Assembly: GCA_026770705.1 (NCBI GenBank)
Contig: JANJGN010000150.1
Span: forward strand, 682,001-746,000
Direction: 5' to 3'
DNA: 64,000 nucleotides
From: Isurus oxyrinchus
Lineage: Eukaryota
Shown piece after piece: positions 25,277 through 37,309 of the stretch (position 1 is its first letter; each line of letters begins with the position of its first letter). Under the pieces are notes generated by a model that ran no database searches, had not been told where the DNA came from, and saw only the letters and a list, made by a program, of their open reading frames with translations. A program made the translations under genes and the position numbers.

Positions 25277-25987
25277 TACACACACACACACACATGTGTA
25301 AGCATACACATGCATAAGTATACACAGACAGTCATACACGTACAAACACATACACAGGAAAATACACACCCATCTCAAACACACACACATATTCATGCCC
25401 ACACAAAGACACACACATACACGTACTCTCACTCATGGACAGACATAGACACACAGACATGCGTGCATGCGCACACACAGATACATGTGTGCATACACAC
25501 ACAAGCACACTCACTTGTGCAGAAACACAAACACAAACAAACACATACACACATGTGAGTTCCGTGTCCTCTCTCAGTGCTGCACTGGAGTCTCGGTGTC
25601 ATCTCCGATTCTGTGTTGAAAGAAGGTAAACTCCAAATCAATAAGACCCTGAATTGGATGAGCAACCTCCTGAACAGAGAAATGTAGATATAGACCTCAG
25701 TACTCCATCGATCAAATGCAATTCATTGCCTCTCAAAACCTTTGCGAAATCCTGAGGATGTGAAAGCAAGCTTCTTTCATTCTAGATGGACAACACCTCT
25801 ACTGGTGGGAGAATGCAACTGCAGTGTGACAGTTTACATAGGCAGTGTCAATTATAAATGTGCCATAAGACCTTATCGTGAGGGAAGTTACCTGGAAATG
25901 CATTCAGACATCAGATACAGAGAGATGATGCATGGAGTCTTGCTGTGCACTATATTTGCTCACATTAAAATCTTTCTATGTTTTTAG

Positions 25988-26269
25988 ATGCACCACGGAA
26001 TCTCTCAATTACTTCTCTTGGTATGATTAACGCTTCATCGATCAATATAATTGAGGGGAATTCTGCAGTGATAATCTGCTCTGTCGAGAGCTTCCCAGCT
26101 TCTAACCTGACGTGGCGACATCTTAATGTCCCAATGAACAGAACAAGTTCCAACAATGAGCTGTGGTTGGTGATTCCTCACGTTACATCCAGGGCCACTG
26201 GACACTATCAGTGTGTGGCAGAGAATGAACATGGAGCAGTGGAGGGATTCATAACCATCACTGTGGAAT
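25988..26269 (+). CDS. Gene A, repeated Ig exon R7
   Basis: AG/GT intact, 282 nt; DTGDYQC changed to ATGHYQC. Confidence 0.88.
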
Positions 26270-26305
26270 GTGAGTTAATGCAAACTTCAACATCACTCTC
26301 ACACA

Positions 26306-26351
<46 letters not shown>

Positions 26352-27069
26352 CACAACATGCACTCGTGTAGACACATACATGCACATTTACACACACAAA
26401 CATACGCGTGCAAAAATATACACAGAAACATACACACACTCAACTCACACACACACACTCACACATGCACACACATACACATACACATGTACACACATTC
26501 ACTCATGCACAGAAATATACACAAAGACACACTCACATATGCGCAAACACATACATGCACACACAGACACATGCATGCATTTACTCACACAAACATACTC
26601 ACATATGTACAAACACAAACACGTACACATAAACACGTGTGAGGTCCCTCTTCTCTCTCAGGGCCGCACTGGAGTCTCGGTATCAGCTTCGATTCTGTGT
26701 TGAAGGAAGGTAAACTCCAGATCAACAAGACCCTGAATTGGATGAGCAACCTCCTGAACAGAGAATGGTAGATTTACCCCTCAGTGCTCCATCAATCAAA
26801 TACAATTCAATGGCTTTCAATCCCTTGGGGGCATCTTGAGAGTGTTAAACGATGTTTCTTTCATTCTAGATGGACAGCAACTCTACTGGTGGGAGAATGC
26901 AACTGCAGTGTGACAGTTTACATAGGAAATGCCTATTATAAATGTGACAGTAATTTTTCATGAGGGAAGGTACCTGGAAAGGCATTCCAACATCAGATAC
27001 AGAGAGATGATGCATGGAGTCTTGCTGCGCACTATGCTTGCTCACATTAAAATCTTTATTTATTTTTAG

Positions 27070-27351
27070 ACACACCACGGAATCTCTTAATTACTTCTCT
27101 GGATATGATTAACGTTTCATCGATCAATATAATTGAGGGGAATTCTGCAGTGATAATCTGCTCTGTCGAGAGCTTCCCAGCTTCTAACCTGACGTGGCGA
27201 CATCTTAATGTCCAAATGAACAGAACAAGTTCCAACAATGAGCTGTGGTTGGTGATTCCTCACGTTACATCCAGGGACACTGGAGACTATCAGTGTGTGG
27301 CAGAGAATGAACATGGAGCAGTGGAGGGGTTCATAACCATCACTGTGGAAT
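27070..27351 (+). CDS. Gene A, repeated Ig exon R8
   Basis: AG/GT intact, 282 nt, open frame. Confidence 0.9.
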
Positions 27352-27842
27352 GTGAGTGTACACAGAATTCAACATCTCTCTCAGATTTGAACACATATAC
27401 ACAAATGCACACCCACATGCACACACAAGCACTCACTGCACTGGAGTCTCGGTATCAGCTCCAATTCTGGATGGAACGAAGGTAAACTACAGATCAACAA
27501 GTCCCTGAATTGGATGAGCAACCTCCTGAACAGAGAATTGTATATTTACCCCTCAGTGCTCCATTGATCAAATACAATCATTGCCTGTCAAGCCCTTGGG
27601 GACATCCTGAGGATGTGAAAGCAAATTCCTTTCATTCTAGGTGGACAGCACCTCTACTGGTGGGAGAATGTAACTGCAGTTTGACTGTTTACATAGGCAG
27701 TGCCCATTATAAATTTGACAGTGGAAGTTATATGGAGTGGAGGGACCTGGCTATGCATACAGACATCAGATACAGAGAGATAATGCATGGAGTCTTGCTG
27801 TAAACTGTGCTTGCTCACATTAAACACTTGATTTGTTCTTAG

Positions 27843-28124
27843 ATGCTCCACAGGATCTCTCATTTACTTCTCTTGATATGATTAACGCTTCATCGATCAA
27901 TATAATTGAGGGGAATTCTGCAGTGATAATCTGCTCTGTCGAGAGCTTCCCAGCTTCTAACCTGACGTGGCGACATCTTAATGTCCCAATGAACAGAACA
28001 GGTTCCAACAATGAGCTGTGGTTGGTGATTCCTCACGTTACATCCAGGGACACTGGAGACTATCAGTGTGTGGCAGAGAATGAACATGGAGCAGTGGAGG
28101 GGTTCATAACCATCACTGTGGAAT
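27843..28124 (+). CDS. Gene A, repeated Ig exon R9 (membrane-proximal)
   Basis: cttAG/GT intact, 282 nt, open frame. Confidence 0.9.
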
Positions 28125-28938
28125 GTGAGTGTGGAGATACATTTGTTTGTTTGTTGTCTCCGTGGTCTCCGTGGAGCCATTGGGATCGTGTTGTTTTTAA
28201 TCCAGTTTTCTTCAATCCTCACTCAGTCCACGTTATCCACACATCCAATTTTTCCTCTCCCTTTCTGTTTTTGCTCTCAGTTTCTCCTTCAATGGTTGTG
28301 AGGACAAGGCTGTCAGGTCTTCGTTTCCAATCTCCGTACTTGATGACCTTTCTCTCTCTAACTGTCCTGAACAACCCTTTTAATTGCTGAACTTCTCATT
28401 CTTTAATTGATAAATATATATAAATGTTACATGGATTACTTTGAAATGCAATACCTGTATTCATAAATTGCTTAGAAATTACTAAACATTCAACAGCCAA
28501 TGAAGCATTATCGAAGTGAGCACACTTTTGTAATGTAGGAAACACAGGTACTGATTTGTGCACAGCAAGATCCCGCAAACCACCGTGTGATAATGACCTG
28601 ATAGTTGATTATTTCAGTGAGGTTGGTTGTTACATGTGTAGAGACTACATACCCTTTAGGGAGGGAAGCATGTCTCGATGTGGATGTGACTCCAGTCTCA
28701 GACACCAACATGGTTAACTCACACCTGCCCTCTGAACTGGTCTCCCAGTTTGGGACAAACCAGTGGTTCAGGAGGAAGACCCCCCACCACCTTCTCAAGG
28801 GGAAACTAGGGATGGACAATAAATGTCAGCATTGCCCGAGAATGAGTATTTGAACATTGAGTGAGTGTATCGCTTCTCGAGATACATCGGAGCATCATTG
28901 TAAACCTGTAGTGCAGTAACTAATGGCTGTTTTTACAG

Positions 28939-29035
28939 GTAGAGACTCCAGTAAATGGACAGTAGGATTGTTCACGGCTGGGATCATGTTGAGTGTTTTC
29001 CTGGCTGGAATCTTCATCTTCATCTGTGTGAGAAA
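28939..29035 (+). CDS. Gene A, transmembrane exon (RDSSKWTVGLFTAGIMLSVFLAGIFIFICVR)
   Basis: ttttacAG...agaaa|GTaagt, 97 nt, phase 1-2; uncharged hydrophobic stretch of about 24 aa. Confidence 0.88.
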
Positions 29036-29912
29036 GTAAGTCTGAAGATTTAACTTGATTTTAATATAAACATTTGCTTCAATGTTCTTTCCTTAAGTCG
29101 GTGATTGTTTCCCTTGGGATCAGCACCAGGTCCCTCTCTGTAAGTGATCCCTGTGTCCACTCTGATCCGGAGAGAACCTTTCATTGTCCTGTATCCAGGT
29201 AAACGATCACGAGACCCAGAGATTCCTCACTCTGCACGATTACTCCTGGATTGATATTTGCTTCAATGTTCTTTCCTGAAGTCGGTGATTGTTTCCCTTG
29301 TGTTAAGCGCCAGATGCCTCTCCCTAACTGGTCACTTTGTCATTTATGATCCAGAGAGTGTTTTTCATTGCCCGTTATCCAGATGAATAATAATCAGTTG
29401 CTGTGATCTGGAAGGTGCTGCCTGAAAGGGCGCTGGAAGCAGATTCAATAGGAACTTTCAAAAGGGTAAATGAATAAATACTTGAAGGGGGAACATTTGA
29501 AGGGCTATGGGGGGAAGTGCAGGGGTGGAGGGCAGGTCAAAGATATGGCGTGTTATTATAATGATATTATACCTTGGGCTTATTTACTGTACAAGAAACA
29601 AAGCACCAATCGCTCACAGGGTTTGGGTGAGAATGTTGTCGGTTTGTTTATCAAGACTCGGCACGAGAACAGTTTTACATACGGATAAAGATTGAAGGCA
29701 TCAGAGCTGTGAGTGTGTGCTCTGCTCAAAGCAAAAGTGAAACTAAGATTGGATCACATGACACACTTCCATTATAGTGATGTCACGCTGATACCCCTTA
29801 TTGGAACTAGAGACAGTCCAGTCATTGGTGTAAGGTTACACTGGGCTCTGTGTCTGTGCTGCACTGACTCTCTGCTATATGATAACCACAGTGTGATATT
29901 GTGTTATTGCAG

Positions 29913-29994
29913 GAGAAAGACAGCGATGGAGGAGAGAGTTTCAGGGACCAGTGACATTGCATTGACCCCCAGTCCACTCTCTGTGAAGCACCAG
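29913..29994 (+). CDS. Gene A, cytoplasmic exon 1
   Basis: ttgcAG...ccag|GTacag, 82 nt, phase 2-0; joins the TM and terminal exons in frame. Confidence 0.85.
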
Positions 29995-30204
29995 GTACAG
30001 GAGCTGTTTACACACACTCCAAAGCTTCAACCTCAGTCTGTAGACAACATGTATACCAGATTCTCAGCCGGGTTACACACAGATATCGCCCTGTGAAGTC
30101 AGCAATGGCTCAGTGGTCAGCACTGTCTCTCGCTCCCAGCCTCTGTCTCCCTCCATCACTCGCTCTTTGACCAGAAACCTGAACACATTAATGACAAGGC
30201 ACCT

Positions 30205-32860
30205 GATGTCAGAACTGAGGGAGTGCTACACTGTCAGAGGGTCAGTACTGAGGGAGTGCTGCAATGTCAGAGTGTCAGTACTGAGGGAGTGCTGCACTGT
30301 CGGAGGGTCAGTACTGAGGGAGTGCTGCACTGTCAGAGTGTCAGTACTGAGGGAGTGCTGCACTGTCGGAGGGTCAGTACTGAGGGTGTGTTGCACTGTC
30401 AGAGGATCAGTACTGAGGGAGTGCTGCACTGTCGGAGGGTCAGTACTGAGGGAGTGTTGCACTGTCAGAGCGTCAGTACTGAGGGAGTGTTGCACTGTCG
30501 GAGGGTCAGCACTGAGGGAGTGCTGCACTGTCAGAGGGTCAGTACTGAGGGAGTGCGGGACTGTCAGATGGTCATTACTGAGGGAGTGCTGCACTGTCAG
30601 TGGGTCAGTACTGAGCAGTACTGCACTGTCGGAGGGTCAGTAGTGAGGGAGTGCTGCACTGTCGGAGGGTCAGTACTGAGGGAGTTGTGCACTGTCAGAG
30701 TGTCATTACTGAGGGAGGGTCAGTACTGAGGGAGTGCTGCACTGTCGGATGATCAGTACTGAGGAAGTGCTGCACTGTCAGCGGGTCAGTACTGAGGGAG
30801 TGCTGGACTGTCAGAGAGTCAGTACTGAGGGAGTGCTGCACTGTCAGAGGGTCAGTAATGAGGGAGTGCTGCACTGTCAGAGGGTCAGTATTGAGGGAGT
30901 GCTGCACTGTCAGAGGGTCAGTATTGAGGGAGTGCTGCACTGTCAGAGGGTCAGTACTGAGGGAGTGCTGCACTGTCGGAGGGTCGGTACTGCGGGAGGG
31001 CTGCACTGTCAGAGGGTCAGTACTGAGGAAGTGCTGCACTGTCAGAGGGTCAGTAGTGAGGGAGTGCTGCACTGTCAGAGGGTCAGTACTGAGGGAGTGC
31101 TGCACTGTCAGAGGGTCAGTAGTGAGGGAGTGCTGCACTGTCAGAGGGTCAGTGCTGAGGGAGTGTTGCACTGTCGGAGGGTCAGTAGTGAGGGAGTGCT
31201 GCACTGTCAGACGGTCAGTATTTTGGGAGTGCTGCACTGTCAGAGGGTCAGTATTCCGGGAGTGCTGCACTGTTAGAGGGTCAGTAGTGAGGGTGTGCTG
31301 CACTGTCAGAGGGTCAGTACTGAGGGAGTGCTGCAATGTCAGAGTGTCAGTACTGAGGGAGTGCTGCACTGTCGGAGGGTCAGCACTGAGGGAGTGCTGC
31401 ACTGTCAGAGGGTCAGTACTGAGGGAGTGCGGGACTGTCAGATGGTCATTACTGAGGGAGTGCTGCACTGTCAGAGGGTCAGTACTGAGGGAGTACTGCA
31501 CTGTCGGAGGGTCAGTAGTGAGGGAGTGCTGCACTGTTGGAGGGTCAGTACTGAGGGAGTTGTGCACTGTCAGAGTGTCATTACTGAGGGAGTGCTGCAC
31601 TGTCGGAGGGTCAGTACTGAGGGAGTGCTGCACTGTCGGATGATCAGTACTGAGGAACTGCTGCACTGTCAGCGGGTCAGTACTGAGGGATTGCTGGACT
31701 GTCAGAGAGTCAGTACTGAGGGAGTGCTGCACTGTCGGAGGGTCAGTAGTGAGGGAGTGCTGCACTGTCAGACGGTCAGTATTTTGGGAGTGCTGCACTG
31801 TCAGAGGGTCAGTATTCCGGGAGTGCTGCACTGTCAGAGGGTCAGTAGTGAGGGTGTGCTGCACTGTCAGAGGGTCAGTATTGAGGTAGTGCTGCACTGT
31901 CAGAGGGTCAGTATTGAGGGAGTGCTGCACTGTCAGGGGGTCACTACTGAGGGAGTGCTGCACTGTCAGAGGGTCAGTACTGAGGGTGTGCTGCACTGTC
32001 AGAGGGGCAGTATTGAGGGAGTGCTGCACTGTCAGAGGGTCAGTATTGAGGGAGTGCTGCACTGTCAGAGGGTCAGTATTGAGGGAGTGCTGCACTGTTA
32101 GAGGGTCAGTACTGAGGGAGTGCTGCACTGTCAGAGGGTCAGTAGTGAGGGAGTGCTACACTGTCAGAGGGTCAGTGCTGAGGGAGTGCTGCACTGTCAG
32201 AGTGTCAGTACTGAGGGAGTGCTGCACTGTCAGAGAGTCAGTGCTGAGGGAGTGCTGCACTGTCAGAGGATCAGTACTGAGGGAGTGCTGCACTGTCAGA
32301 GGGTCAGTATTGAGGGAGTGCTGCACTGTCAGAGGGTCAGTACTGAGGGAGTGCTGCACTGTCAGAGGGTCAGTACTGAGGGAGTGCTGCACTGTCAGAG
32401 GGTCAGTACTGAGGGAGTGCTGCACTGTCAGAGGGTCAGTATTGAGGGAGTGCTGCACTGTCAGAGGGTCAGTATTGAGGGAGTGCTGCACTGTCAGAGG
32501 GTCAGTATTGAGGGAGTGCTGCACTGTCAGAGGGTCAGTACTGAGGGAGTGCTGCACTGTCAGAGGGTCAGTAGTGAGGGAGTGCTGCACTTTCAGAGGT
32601 TCAGTACTGAGGGAGTGCTGCACTGTCAGAGAGTCAGTACTGAGGGAGTGCTGCACTGTCAGAGGGTCAGTACTGAGGGAGTGCTGCACTGTCAGAGGGT
32701 CAGTACTGAGGGAGTGCTGCACTGTCAGAGGGTCAGTACTGAGGTAGTGCTGCACTGTCAGAGGGTCAGCACTGAGGGAGTGCTGCACTGTCAGAGGGTC
32801 AGTACTGAGGGAGTGCTGCACTGTCAGAGGGTCAGTATTGAGGGAGTGCTGCACTGTTGG
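30205..32860. repeat. 33-bp minisatellite, about 80 units, with higher-order block duplications
   Basis: Same unit as 2332-2590; variant blocks recur (30555/31430, 31210/31770). Confidence 0.95.
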
Positions 32861-33045
32861 AGTGCGATAGAGATTAAATTATTAAGAGAGAGAGAAAGCG
32901 AGAGAAAGAGAGACAGAGAAAGAGAGTGAAAAAAAGGCTTAAACCCACTGAGACACGACTGACACTAATGAGGCTGCACAATAATTTAACCCTATCAGTG
33001 CCAGTAAATGATGTGAGGATGTCTTCTGTTTCCATTTCTCTGTAG

Positions 33046-33294
33046 GGTAAACAGAACGTGCTGATTACTGAGCCCCGGAACACAACCAGAGACACAACTA
33101 GTGAGGGGGAGACCCCAGCTCCCCGGGATCTCTCTGAAGGTCCAGTGGGAGGCGATGTTGGACATGGGAACCCTGACAAACCCGACGAGCTTTTCTACGC
33201 CAACATCAACTTTTCAAAGCTGCCCGGCGGTGACAGGACTGTGCATAGGAGCGAGGACACGGAATACGCACAGATCAGGTTCCAGAAAAACTGA
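33046..33294 (+). CDS. Gene A, terminal exon with ITIM (LFYANI) and ITSM-like motif (TEYAQI)
   Basis: ctgtAG acceptor, phase 0, 82 aa to TGA. Confidence 0.9.
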   Translation, partial: GKQNVLITEPRNTTRDTTSEGETPAPRDLSEGPVGGDVGHGNPDKPDELFYANINFSKLPGGDRTVHRSEDTEYAQIRFQKN

Positions 33295-33489
33295 GTGTGA
33301 AACAGGGAGTGGGGCTGTGGGGTGTGTGCAGCCAACATGGCCAAATAGTAATGAACACAAATATGATGTTGCTCAACTTTTTTTTAAATCTGTTCTGAGT
33401 GAGCTTTCTGAATGCTGCACCTTTTTCCATGCTGTAAAAGATTGTGAGAAGCTTATGAATTATGTATAATTTTACATCTGTTAATACAA

Positions 33490-35558
33490 GGTGAGGTGAG
33501 AGTGACTGCCTTTGACATCAAGGCTGCATTTGACCGAGTTTGGCATCTAGGAGCCCGAGCATAACTGGAGTCAATGGGAATCAGGGGTGGTACGAAAGTA
33601 TAATAATTTGCATAATATTTTCCTGGTTTGTTGTAAACTAGGTTTATGGGTGTGAGTGTAGATGGGTCTGTCTGTGTGTTTTAATTACACCTGGAGTCAG
33701 GTAGACTGCAAGCTTGAGATTATCAAAAGAAGCTAGATGTAGAAATGTACTTGAAATGCTAATGAGTGAACATGGAGGCTTTGTTAACATGTAAGGTGTG
33801 AAGGGGTTGTTTAGATTTCAAAGGGATGTCGGTCTGTTTAGGACAAGCCCAATAAGCAAAGCTAAGGAGTTTTTTTTTAATTTTACCCAAACTTCATTGA
33901 CAATATTGGCAACAAGAAAGTTTATATTATGGGAAAGGTACAGTTCCAAAGAATTTACACATCAAAGAGTGAGAAACATTTATAAAGGAGAATGAAAGGC
34001 TATGTTTGGGGCCATGTAAGATCTAACAGGAGTGTGTGAAACAGGCTTGAAGAAGCCTCCAGGCATTTGTGCATAAGTCTGTTATGTTCAGTAAATAAAG
34101 TTGGAGAAATCCATTTAGAATTCCAGTGTCAAGTGTGTGCTGTGTTAACTCGCTGGGTTTGTTTTTAATCTAAAATCTTATTTTGGACTGTTGCCTTAAA
34201 CAGGCTCTGTAACTGGGAGTCAGGTTAATTAGGAATTTGAGAATTTATTTTAGTTGTAACTAACCGTGGTATTATGTCTGTGCTTGAAATCTTTTATTTT
34301 GTTAATAAATATCCTAATCAAATTTTTAAAATCTCTAAATGTTGTGGTCAACTCATTACTCCAGAATTCAGTGCATGCATCTTGTAATAAATACAAATTG
34401 CAAACTATTGTGATAGCATGACCAATTTTCCCTTGTGGATTTGGAGCACCAAGCACACATCATCTGCCATGTCATGTCACAGGGAAAACTCTCCACTCGT
34501 TGGATTCATACCAAGTACAAAGGAAGGTGGTTGTGGTTGTTGGAGGTCAGTCATCTCAGTTCCAGGACATCACTGCAGGAGTTGCTCAGCGTAGTGTCCT
34601 AGGCCCAACCATCTTCAGCTGCTTCATCAATGACATTCATTCTATCAGATGGTCAGAATTATGGATGGTCACTGATGATTGCACAACGTTCAACATCATT
34701 CATGACTCATCAGATACTGAAGCAGTCCATGTCCAAATGCAGCAAGACCTGGACAATATCCAGGCTTGGCCTGACAAGTGGCAAGTAACATTCATGCCAC
34801 ACAAGTGCCAGGCAATGACCATCTCCAACCAGAGAGAATATATCCATCTCCCCTTAATGTCCAATGGCATCACCATTGCTGAATCCCACACTATCAACAC
34901 TCTGGGGGTTACCAATGACAAGAAACTGAACTGGACTAGCCATATAAACACTGTGACTATAAGAGCAGGCCAGAGGCTGGGAATCCTGTGGTGAGTAACT
35001 CACCTCCTGACTCCCCAAAACCTGTCCACCAACCTCAAGGCATAGGTCAGAAGTGATGGAATACTCTCCACTTTCCTAGATGTGTCCAGCTCCAACAACA
35101 CTCAAGAAGCTCGACACCGTCCAGGACAAAGCAGCCCCGCTTGATTTGCGCCCCGTCCACAAACGTTTTCTCCCTCTACAACTGACGCACAGTGGCAGCA
35201 GGGTGTGTACCATCTACAAGATGCAACGCAGGGAGTCACCAAGCCTCCTTAGACAGCACCTTCCAAACACATGATCACTAACATCTAGAAGGACAAGGGC
35301 AGCAGACACATGGGAACACCACCACCTGGAAGTTCCCCTCCAAGTCACTCACCATTCTGACTTGGAAATATATCACCGTTCCTTCACTGTCGCTGGGTCA
35401 GAATCCTGCAACACCCTCCCAAACAGTTCTGTGGGTGTACATACACCACAGGGACTGCAGCAGCTCAAGAAGGCAGCTCACCCCCATATTCTCAAGGACA
35501 ATTAGGGATGGGCATTAAATTCTGGCCTAGCCAGTGACAGTGAATGAATAAAAAAAAG
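33490..35558 (+). mobile_element. HER1-like LINE RT fragment with a nested solo-LTR-like element (about 33587-34480)
   Basis: DIKAAFDRVWH, QRSVLGPTIFSCFIND, W.DKWQVTF motifs; LINE sequence gggaatcagggg|gggaaaactc is split by a TG...CA insert; flanks rejoin to match 3700-3760. Confidence 0.75.
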
Positions 35559-37309
35559 AAGCAATTAAAATGCCCTGACATTTCTGTACATTTTTATCAA
35601 ATTAAATACGTACTCTAGTGAATAATTCCATTCTTCAAGGCACCACTTCCTGTTGTCACATGTCCTTCTGATTATTTAAATTCCTGTGTCATTGGTAATG
35701 GAACATTCCCATGTAAACATGTCACACTGTAATTACAGCCTCCTGCCAGTGGTGGTGCTTTAGTGTCCTACCTTTGCTTCTCAGAGACTGGAGGAGCTGT
35801 ATACTTTGTGTTTGCAATATGAGTAACACTCAGGGGTGACCAGGGGGATTCTTTTGGCCAAGTTTACGATATTGCTAAGATACAATGGCCCCGTGAGATT
35901 TTTCCTACTGTCTTTACAACGTTGAATTGAAGAGATTTTTGAAGTGTCTGGCACAGTTTTATTAAGGTCCGCTCACATCCAATCTGGTGTCACTGGGTTC
36001 AGTTCTGAGTCCGGCACCTCAGGGAGGATATATTGTCCTCGGAGGGGGTGCTGTGCAGAGTCCCCAGAACGATCCCGGGGCTGAAAGGGTTAAATCCCGA
36101 GGACAGGTTGCACAGACCAGGCTTGTGTTCCCTCGAGTCTCGAAGATTAAGGGGTGATCTAATCGAGGGGTTTAAGATGAGTCGTCTCTGTGACCTGCTT
36201 CAACCCTGTTGGTCAGCAATGACAACATGAGTTGATGTTAGCCTGATATGTAGTGCATGGAGGGATATTACTCTCCAGGGTGTGTGTGCATCACAGTGCT
36301 CATTCACATGTGTTCCATGTGCACCTACATCAGCTGTGTAGACATACAAGCCTCAATGCTGCATCCGGGGAATGTACCATGTCTCACACCTTAGCTGCAG
36401 CACGACCCTTCCCTTGGAGCTCTGTGTGCTCGAGACATATTTTGTTATTTTTTCCTGCCGTCTCTGTGACCCCCGACCCGGGAGTGAAAATCCGGCCTTA
36501 ACTTCCACTTTCTAGTGTCTGAGACAAGAGGCAATGAGTGAGTGGGCTGACGGTCAGGATTAATGCTGTTAATCTGTGTTTGAGGGGCTGTGAATTCTCG
36601 GGGGACTAGTTACTCTCTGAGCAGCAGCTTCCAAATTCTTATTTGATGCCGTGCATGTGGGGTTGGAAGATTCTTTTTAAAACCACAGGCAGTTCACAGA
36701 AACCCACAGGAAACCCACAGAGAGACAGTCACTGAGAAAGTCACTCACTCCTTGTGGTTTCACCTTTTAACCACATCCTGTCTGTGTGGCTTAAATGTTA
36801 AACACAGTGGCCAGACTCAAGGAGGTTTCACTCTGTGAATCACTTGCTCTCTCTCTCAGAAACACACACACAGACACACACTCACAGACACATACACAGA
36901 CACACCCATACCCACATACTCACATACACAGACACACACACTCACTCACACACACACAGACACGCACACACATACACAAACACACATACACACGCTCACA
37001 CACATACACAAACACACATACACACGCTCACACACTTACAGACAGACACANNNNNNNNNNNNNNNNNNNNNNNNNNNNNNNNNNNNNNNNNNNNNNNNNN
37101 NNNNNNNNNNNNNNNNNNNNNNNNNNNNNNNNNNNNNNNNNNNNNNNNNNNNNNNNNNNNNNNNNNNNNNNNNNNNNNNNNNNNNNNNNNNNNNNNNNNN
37201 NNNNNAGACAGACACAAACACACTCACATTCTCACACACACACAGCCACTCACTTACACACACACAAACACACACCCAAAGACAATATCCTGACAGCAAA
37301 CTGTGATTT

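Noticed and set aside
16459-26703. His/Thr-rich C-terminal extensions of the Ig ORFs
   Set aside because: Read-through of GT donors into (CA)n tracts and N runs
28939-29035. Activating (DAP12-coupled) receptor
   Set aside because: No Lys or Arg within the TM helix, and the tail carries ITIM/ITSM motifs
30205-32860. CRISPR-like array
   Set aside because: Head-to-tail units with no unique spacers, no cas genes, vertebrate context; the same applies to the 28-bp and 37-bp arrays
30113-32929. Long ORFs of RECCTVRGSVL / VLHCQRVSTEG / QHSLSTDPLTV repeats resembling Cys-rich or mucin-like proteins
   Set aside because: They are translations of a stop-poor 33-bp intronic minisatellite, open on both strands and present at seven loci
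8823-33294. Assigning CD22, SIGLEC1 or MAG orthology to gene A
   Set aside because: Domain count and tail match none of them exactly; a phylogeny is needed
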